Positions 38,625 through 48,290 of a stretch of 48,290 nucleotides of DNA are shown piece after piece. Source of the DNA: an uncultured Treponema sp. (GTDB lineage Bacteria > Spirochaetota > Spirochaetia > Treponematales > Treponemataceae); assembly GCA_905233535.1 (NCBI GenBank), contig CAJOEO010000001.1, forward strand, positions 16,534 through 64,823, written 5' to 3'. Made by a program: the position numbers and the translations under genes. How positions within the stretch are numbered: the first letter of the stretch is position 1; each line of letters starts with the position of its first letter. The notes under the pieces were generated by a model. The model did not search any database and was not told the origin of the DNA. It saw only the letters and a program-made list of their open reading frames with translations.

Positions 38625-41090
38625 TTAAACTTCCGTTTCTTCCGTTTTTGCAACGCAATCAAAACCAACAACGCGGTCGGAACTTTCAAGGCTCACAACT
38701 TTCGTTCCCGTTGAAGTACGACTTTGTAAAGTTATATTGCTAGTTGCAATTCGAACCGCTTTTCCTGCACTCGTAACGCAAACGAGTTCGTCGTTCGCGC
38801 CAACCGAAACCGCGCCAACAACTTTTCCGCGATTTTCGACGTTTCCAAAAATCCGCTGTCCGCCAGAATTTCTGCCATGTTCTCTGAAATCGATGCAATC
38901 GACACGCTTTCCAAAGCCCAATTCTGTGATAATCAATGTTTCATGTGAAACATCGCTAACGCGAACCGCAGAAACCAATTCGTCGCCGTCACGCAACCGA
39001 ATTCCGTTCACGCCAGATGCCTGTCGTCCCATTGCTCGCACGGAATCGCCAGAAATCAAAAGACCTTGCCCGTTTTTTGTAACAAGCATCACAGAATCGC
39101 CGTCGCCAACCAAAACCGCAGAAACAAGCCTGTCGTTTTCTTCTTTGAACGAAATCGCGTTTACACCACGAGAACGAGCGTTAGCAAAATCCGTTGTGCG
39201 AATCTTTTTTACAACGCCATTCTTCGTTGCCATAAAAATATACTGACTTTCTGTATAGTTGTCTATAACTACAATCGCTGTGATTTCTTCACCTTCGTCT
39301 AGTTGTACGAGGGTTTTCACGTTTGAACCACGCGCCGCGCGACTCGTTTCTGGAATCTCGTGCGCACGAATCCAATACGCCCGACCAGCACTCGAAATAA
39401 AGGTAATGTACGAATGCGTTGTCGCGGTGATGACTTGCGTAACAAAATCGTCTTCGATTAGGCTTGATGCAACATAACTTCCCTTCCCGCCTCGCGCCTG
39501 CGAACGATAAAGAGAAAGTGGCAAACGTTTTATGTAGCCAAACTTTGAAATCGTGATGATAACGTCTTGCTTTTTTATCAAATCTTCTGCGCTGATTTCT
39601 TCGGCTTCTTCAAAGCAAATTTCTGTTCGGCGGTCGTCGCCAAATCGCTCTGCAAGTTCATTCGTTTCGTCTTTGATTAGCGCGAAAATCTTTTCTTTGT
39701 GGTCTAGAAGATTTTGAAGATACGCGATGTGTTCTTTTAACGTTGCCATTTCGCTACGTAATTCTTCAATTTGAAGATTTGTGAGCCTGCGAAGTTGCAT
39801 ATCCACAATCGCCTGCGACTGAACGTCGTCAAATCCAAATCGTTCCCCAAGCGAATTTTTTGCCACTTGAACGTCGCGAGAAGCGCGAATTATTTTAATC
39901 ACTTCGTCAATCGAATCGACGGCGGTAATCAATGCAGAAAGAATATGCTCGCGCGCCAAATCTTTTTCGAGAAGATATTTTGTTCGACGTGTAACAACGT
40001 CCACGCGATGTTCCACAAAATACGCAATAAGTTGCTTTAACGTCAAAACTTCTGGTCGCCCTTTTACAAGCGCGAGATTTATGACGTTGAAATTCGTTTG
40101 AAGTTCCGTCTTTGCAAAAAGTTGATTTAAAACGAGTTTTGGCAACGCCCCGCGTTTTAAGTCAACCACAAGGCGCAAACCCGTGCGGTCGCTCGTTTCG
40201 TCGTTTGCGCCCGTAATTCCGTCGATTGAACGTTCACGCGCCAATTCTTTGATTCGTTTGATAATTGACGTTGTATTTACGCCGTAAGGCACTTCCGTAA
40301 AAACGATGGATTCTCGCCCATTTGACAAAGTTTCCATTTCGTATTTCGCACGAATCGTGATTTTTCCGCGTCCAGTTTTGTACGCTTTTTTGAATCCGCT
40401 CGTTCCGTAAATGATTCCGCCCGTCGGAAAATCTGGACCTTTGACGAATTTCATCAAATCGTCGATAGAAATTTCTGGATTGTCGATGTACGCGCTAATT
40501 GCAGACGCGACTTCGCGCAAATTGTGGCTCGGCATATTCGTCGCCATTCCAACGGCGATTCCCGTCGTTCCGTTGCAAAGCAAAAACGGAAATTTCGCTG
40601 GAAGAACGGACGGTTCTTTTGTGGTTTCGTCGAAATTCGGCATCATGTCCACGGTGTTTTTGTCGATGTCAAGCACCATTTCTTCGGCAAGTCGCGCCAT
40701 TTTCGCTTCTGTGTAACGATACGCTGCCGCGGGGTCGCCCGCCTGCGTTCCAAAGTTTCCTTGCGGAGTTACAAGAACGTATCGTTGCGCAAAATCTTGC
40801 CCCAATCGAACAAGCGCGTCGTAAACAGAAGCGTCGCCGTGCGGGTGATAATGTCCCAAAACTTCACCAACAATCGTGGCGCATTTTTTTGTTTTTCCGC
40901 CACTTGCAAGATGAAGAGAATCCATCGCATAGAGAATTCTTCGATGAACGGGTTTTAGTCCGTCGCGAACGTCTGGAAGTGCGCGTTGAACAATTACCGA
41001 CATCGAATAATCGATATACGCCTGACGAACTTCGTCTTCAATCGGAATGCGGATAATCGTTCCGCCTTCTTGAGTTTGTATTTCTTCCAT
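38625..41090 (-). CDS. gyrA: DNA gyrase subunit A
   Basis: RALPDVRDGLKPVHRR, YHPHGD, YRYTEA, GyrA-box QARGGKG, pinwheel repeats. Confidence 0.97.
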   Translation of the reverse strand: MEEIQTQEGGTIIRIPIEDEVRQAYIDYSMSVIVQRALPDVRDGLKPVHRRILYAMDSLHLASGGKTKKCATIVGEVLGHYHPHGDASVYDALVRLGQDFAQRYVLVTPQGNFGTQAGDPAAAYRYTEAKMARLAEEMVLDIDKNTVDMMPNFDETTKEPSVLPAKFPFLLCNGTTGIAVGMATNMPSHNLREVASAISAYIDNPEISIDDLMKFVKGPDFPTGGIIYGTSGFKKAYKTGRGKITIRAKYEMETLSNGRESIVFTEVPYGVNTTSIIKRIKELARERSIDGITGANDETSDRTGLRLVVDLKRGALPKLVLNQLFAKTELQTNFNVINLALVKGRPEVLTLKQLIAYFVEHRVDVVTRRTKYLLEKDLAREHILSALITAVDSIDEVIKIIRASRDVQVAKNSLGERFGFDDVQSQAIVDMQLRRLTNLQIEELRSEMATLKEHIAYLQNLLDHKEKIFALIKDETNELAERFGDDRRTEICFEEAEEISAEDLIKKQDVIITISKFGYIKRLPLSLYRSQARGGKGSYVASSLIEDDFVTQVITATTHSYITFISSAGRAYWIRAHEIPETSRAARGSNVKTLVQLDEGEEITAIVVIDNYTESQYIFMATKNGVVKKIRTTDFANARSRGVNAISFKEENDRLVSAVLVGDGDSVMLVTKNGQGLLISGDSVRAMGRQASGVNGIRLRDGDELVSAVRVSDVSHETLIITELGFGKRVDCIDFREHGRNSGGQRIFGNVENRGKVVGAVSVGANDELVCVTSAGKAVRIATSNITLQSRTSTGTKVVSLESSDRVVGFDCVAKTEETEV
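38937..38952. other. parS site inside gyrA
   Basis: TGTTTCATGTGAAACA, within codons for DVSHET. Confidence 0.8.
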
Positions 41091-41128
41091 AAATCAATTT
41101 TCCTTTTGCAAACGGTCAATCGACAAAA

Positions 41129-44765
<3,637 letters not shown>

Positions 44766-44855
44766 ACGATTTATTGCTTTGAAAAAACTATGAATTCGTT
44801 TGAATTTACTACGTTTTTGAAGAAGCAAAAAAATCATTGAATAGCGGTTTTTAGT

Positions 44856-44990
44856 GAATTTAGCAAATTCAAATTTACTAAATTTGACAAAAAATGAATT
44901 CATCAAAAATTTGCTAAATTTTTGGTGTGCTGTGGACAAAAAATAAATTCATCAAATTTATGCTAAATTTTTGGTGAATTTAGTAAATTT
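44856..44990. repeat. Array of quasi-palindromic AATTTRCTAAATT motifs plus a ~41-bp direct duplication at the left edge of oriC
   Basis: GAATTTAGCAAATTC 44856, AAATTTACTAAATTT 44871, AAATTTGCTAAATTT 44907, AAATTTATGCTAAATTT 44954, GAATTTAGTAAATTT 44976. Confidence 0.75.
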
Positions 44991-45222
44991 TTCTCCACAG
45001 CCCCCTGTGGAAAAGTCCAAAAAATCGGTGGATTTCTCACAATTTTTTGTGGATTTGTGTGGAGAAACTACACCGCTTGTGGAGAATTGTGGACAAATGT
45101 GGAAACTTGTCCACAGGTTTTCCACAAAAAGAATCCTTATTTTATAAGGCTTAGAGGCACATTTCCACAAATCCACAGCCCTTATTATTATTATTATTAA
45201 ATAATAAAATATATTAACAATA
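44931..45222. other. Replication origin oriC (DnaA boxes + DnaA-trio unwinding element)
   Basis: About 12 DnaA-box-like 9-mers (44931, 44991, 45006, 45048, 45058, 45078, 45088, 45098, 45107, 45118, 45161, 45169), then GCCC, (TTA)6 at 45182-45199 and an AT-rich tract; lies between dnaA and dnaN; genes from 28.6 to 43 kb point left and dnaN onward point right. Confidence 0.92.
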
Positions 45223-45297
45223 AGCCTCGCGTTTGAAATCTCAAAATCGAAAATCTCCAGATTTCAAATTTCAAACACAAGGCAAGGAGAAAATCGC

Positions 45298-46395
45298 ATG
45301 AAGTTTTCATTTAGCAAAAACGCGCTCATAAACGAAATCTCAATAGCGCAAGAATTTACTGGCAGAAATGCAGCGAGTGCGCTTTCTAGTGTTTCTTTGA
45401 TTGCAGAAAACGGTGAACTTTTGATAAAAGCCGCAGACAGAAAAATGAACTTTCAAGCACGCATTCCTGTTGACGTACAAGAAGAAGGAACAGCGACTGT
45501 TTTTTGTTCACGTCTTATGACAATTTTGGCGAGTTTGCCTGATGGCGACATCGAGTTTGAAATCCAAAATTCTGACAATTTGAACGAAGCCGTAATCAAA
45601 CACACAACAAAAAAAATCCGCTACAAAATTCGTTGTCGCGACGAAGCCGTTGAAATCCCCGAAATCGAAGACGCTGCATTTTTTGACGTTCCTGCAAAAG
45701 ATTTCAAAGAGATGATTCTTCACACCGCATACGCCGTTAGCACGGACGAAAAACGATATTTTTTGAACGGCGTTTTCTTTGAAAAAGATGACGAAAATCT
45801 CGTTCTTGTTGCCACCGATAGCCGTAGACTTGCGCTTGACGAACGCCCGATTTTTGGCGAAGTTTCTGATTTTTCGTCGATTATCGTTCAGCCAAAAATC
45901 TTGAACATTGTTGCAAAACACGCAAACGATGAAGGCGCGATTTCGATTGCCGCAAACGATAGAATCATCACGTTCAAATTTTCAAATTACGTTCTTTCGG
46001 CGAATCTTACCGACGGAACGTTTCCAAATTACCGCCGTGTGATTCCAGAAAATCAACCGCACAAATTCATCGCGGATTTTGGAGAATTTTCTGACGCTGT
46101 AAAAAGAATCAACGTTATGGGCGATGCGGGCAAAATGTTTTTTGACATCACGCCAGGCGTTCTTTCCGTTCACGCAAACGGTGAACAAGGCGAAGCGCGA
46201 GAAGAAATCCCGTGCGAATACGCAGACGAATCGATTACGATTGCAATAAATCCAAAATACATTGAAGACGCACTAAAAGTCATGGATTGCGGAAAAATCG
46301 CGTTTGAGTTTAGCGAAGCTTTGCGTGGAATTACGTTGCGACCAGAACCCGCAGAAAGTTATTTCAACATTTTGATGCCAATGCAACAGGGCTAA
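45298..46395 (+). CDS. dnaN: DNA polymerase III beta sliding clamp
   Basis: YAVSTDEKRYFLNG, VATDSRRLA, GTFPNYRRVIP, NPKY, ILMPM; SD AAGGAG. Confidence 0.96.
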   Translation: MKFSFSKNALINEISIAQEFTGRNAASALSSVSLIAENGELLIKAADRKMNFQARIPVDVQEEGTATVFCSRLMTILASLPDGDIEFEIQNSDNLNEAVIKHTTKKIRYKIRCRDEAVEIPEIEDAAFFDVPAKDFKEMILHTAYAVSTDEKRYFLNGVFFEKDDENLVLVATDSRRLALDERPIFGEVSDFSSIIVQPKILNIVAKHANDEGAISIAANDRIITFKFSNYVLSANLTDGTFPNYRRVIPENQPHKFIADFGEFSDAVKRINVMGDAGKMFFDITPGVLSVHANGEQGEAREEIPCEYADESITIAINPKYIEDALKVMDCGKIAFEFSEALRGITLRPEPAESYFNILMPMQQG

Positions 46396-46399
46396 ATTT

Positions 46400-47518
46400 G
46401 TGCCAGTTCTTTCAGTTTCCTATTCGTCTTTTAGAAACATCACAGACGGAACGATAGATTTTTGCGCAAAAGAAATTTTTTTTGTTGGCGAAAACGGACA
46501 AGGAAAAAGCAATTTGCTAGAAAGCATTTATTGCCTCGCCTACGGTTCATCGTTTCGCACGCGACAAGATTCAGAACTTGCGCGAAATGGCTCTTCCGTC
46601 TATTCTCTTCGCTCGCTTTATCGCGGAAGCAATGACGAATTGGATTTTTCTGGAAGCGTACAAATTTCATTTGACGGCGGAAAAAAGAAAATCGTCAAAA
46701 ACGGCAAAACCATAAAAGACAGGCGCGACCTTGTTACAACAATGCCGTGCGTTGTCTTTTGCCACGACGACCTACAATTCGTTTCTGGCGAACCTGAACG
46801 GCGACGATTTTTTTTAGACCAATGCCTTTCAATGTACGATTTATCGTATCTCGATTCAATTCGCGGATATTCGCGTGTTCTTCGTTCGCGGAACGCTTGC
46901 CTAAAAAACGGACGATTTGAACTTTTGGACGTTTACGACGCGCAACTTGCACAATTTGGCGCAGAGATTCAAAAAAAACGCGCGGACGCAGTTTTCAAAT
47001 TCAATCGAGTTTTTTGTCCACTATACGAAGAAATCTCTGGAATTAGCGGAGTTTCGATTTTTTACGCGCCATCTTGGAAAAAAGACGAAACCGAAAACAT
47101 TTCACAAGAAGACGCGATTCGGATTTTGTACGAAAAACGTTCGTCGGATTCAATTTTGTTTACCACAACGAGCGGACCACATCGCGACAAAATTCGATTC
47201 ATAAAAAACGGTGCAGATTTTGTGGCAACCGCGTCCACTGGGCAACGCCGTTTAATTGCGGTTTTGCTTCGCGTGGCGCAATCGCTTTTTTTTGCGCGAG
47301 CCACAAATCGAAAACCGATTCTTCTTTTGGACGACGTTCTTTTGGAACTTGACCCCACAAAACGACAAGAAGTTACAGCGCATCTTCCCGATTACGACCA
47401 ATTATTCTGCACGTTTCTTCCTGGCGAACCGTGGGAAAATTACGCGCACGAAAAAACAAAAACGTATACAATAAAAAATGGGGAGTGGAAATGGCAGAAT
47501 CAAACGACGATTTCATAG
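46400..47518 (+). CDS. recF: DNA replication/repair protein RecF
   Basis: SFRN, GENGQGKSNLLESI, PERRRFFLD, GPHRD, STGQRR, LLLDDVLLELD. Confidence 0.96.
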   Translation: MPVLSVSYSSFRNITDGTIDFCAKEIFFVGENGQGKSNLLESIYCLAYGSSFRTRQDSELARNGSSVYSLRSLYRGSNDELDFSGSVQISFDGGKKKIVKNGKTIKDRRDLVTTMPCVVFCHDDLQFVSGEPERRRFFLDQCLSMYDLSYLDSIRGYSRVLRSRNACLKNGRFELLDVYDAQLAQFGAEIQKKRADAVFKFNRVFCPLYEEISGISGVSIFYAPSWKKDETENISQEDAIRILYEKRSSDSILFTTTSGPHRDKIRFIKNGADFVATASTGQRRLIAVLLRVAQSLFFARATNRKPILLLDDVLLELDPTKRQEVTAHLPDYDQLFCTFLPGEPWENYAHEKTKTYTIKNGEWKWQNQTTIS

Positions 47519-48069
47519 ATTCAACGGAATTAGTTTCGCGAGTTTTAGAATCTTTTGTACCAGAAAAAGCGGCAGAAATCGGGCGTGGAAACAAAATTCT
47601 CAGTTCTTGGCGGGCGATTTTAGAATCGATTAAATCGCAACCCGTAGACGGCGAACCCGCCGACCAAATGGGAAAAAATCTTGCTTCTCATTCGCGAATA
47701 ATAGACATTAAAAACGGAATTCTTCTCGTGGAAGCAGACCATTCAGCGTGGCTTCAAATTCTCCAACTTCACAAAAAATTCATTTTGGGCAGCCTTCAAC
47801 GACGTTTTCCAGAACTCCAAATCTCCACGCTTGCGTTTAGAGTTCGCGGAAGCAAAGCCTCGCTTTCAGATTTTCCCATAAATTACGAAGCGAGTCTAAA
47901 GGCGGAACGAGCAAGACAAGCGCAACGATACGAGGCAGAAAAAAAATATCTTGCCTCGCTTGGATTTGCCGAACCCGATACCACAAAAATCCCCGAATTA
48001 CCACAAAAACTCAAGGATTTGTTTGACAAAATGAAACGTGATATGTTGACCAATGAGAGAAAAATTTGA
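47491..48069 (+). CDS. DciA/DUF721 replicative helicase loader family protein
   Basis: W..I...LASHSRIIDIKNGILLVEADHSAWLQIL; position after recF; start moved to MAESND. Confidence 0.8.
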   Translation: MAESNDDFIDSTELVSRVLESFVPEKAAEIGRGNKILSSWRAILESIKSQPVDGEPADQMGKNLASHSRIIDIKNGILLVEADHSAWLQILQLHKKFILGSLQRRFPELQISTLAFRVRGSKASLSDFPINYEASLKAERARQAQRYEAEKKYLASLGFAEPDTTKIPELPQKLKDLFDKMKRDMLTNERKI

Positions 48070-48075
48070 TATAGT
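48046..48075 (+). promoter_or_regulatory. Sigma70 promoter for rpmH
   Basis: TTGACC-18-TATAGT with extended TG. Confidence 0.6.
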
Positions 48076-48152
48076 CGTTTTCTATCTAAAGACCGCTTTT
48101 AGTGGCATTTTACCACAATTATGATTTTTTTGAACTATAAGGAGAATCCAAA

Positions 48153-48290
48153 ATGTTGCGAACTTACCAACCAAGCAAAGTAAAAAGAAATAGAAAATTC
48201 GGATTCCGTGCGCGAATGGCAACTCGTGGCGGACGCATGGTTCTTGCTCGCCGACGAGCAAAGGGACGCAAAAAGTTGTCTGTTTGTAGC
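48153..48290 (+). CDS. rpmH: 50S ribosomal protein L34 (runs off the window edge)
   Basis: Not in ORF track; [44 protein letters not shown]; SD AAGGAG. Confidence 0.96.
   Translation, partial: MLRTYQPSKVKRNRKFGFRARMATRGGRMVLARRRAKGRKKLSVCS

Noticed and set aside
45224-45283. Imperfect inverted repeat between the DUE and the dnaN SD
   Set aside because: Contains C-A mismatches on the mRNA strand and relies on the common TTTGAAAT word; function unsupported

Overview
Core-chromosome window spanning the replication origin of a spirochaete, most likely a gut/rumen Treponema. This is inferred from the archaeal-type PheS, the tatD-dusB-DUF5312-GAF/GGDEF-rhomboid block, the M23-bactofilin-YaaR-PSP1 block and the order gyrA<gyrB< >dnaA>oriC>dnaN>recF>dciA>rpmH. 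It holds about 40 housekeeping, transport and metabolic genes, one tRNA-Pro(GGG) and a GH43 gene broken by one in-frame TAA. I saw no prophage, transposase, CRISPR or defence locus. The most interesting signals are non-coding. (1) An oriC with phased DnaA boxes, a DnaA-trio unwinding element and an unexplained palindromic repeat array (AATTTRCTAAATT). (2) Two satellite DnaA-box clusters about 7 and 12 kb from oriC, one next to a parS cluster, plus a parS inside gyrA. (3) At least eight genes, including dnaA, whose ATG lies 6-7 nt after a -10 box, suggesting widespread leaderless mRNAs. (4) A REP-like repeat family reused as terminators. (5) Apparent avoidance of GATC. At protein level, an NlpC/P60 peptidase appears fused to a putative outer-membrane beta-barrel, and a cell-shape operon may have a sigma28 promoter. 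All calls come from reading the sequence by eye; no searches were run.
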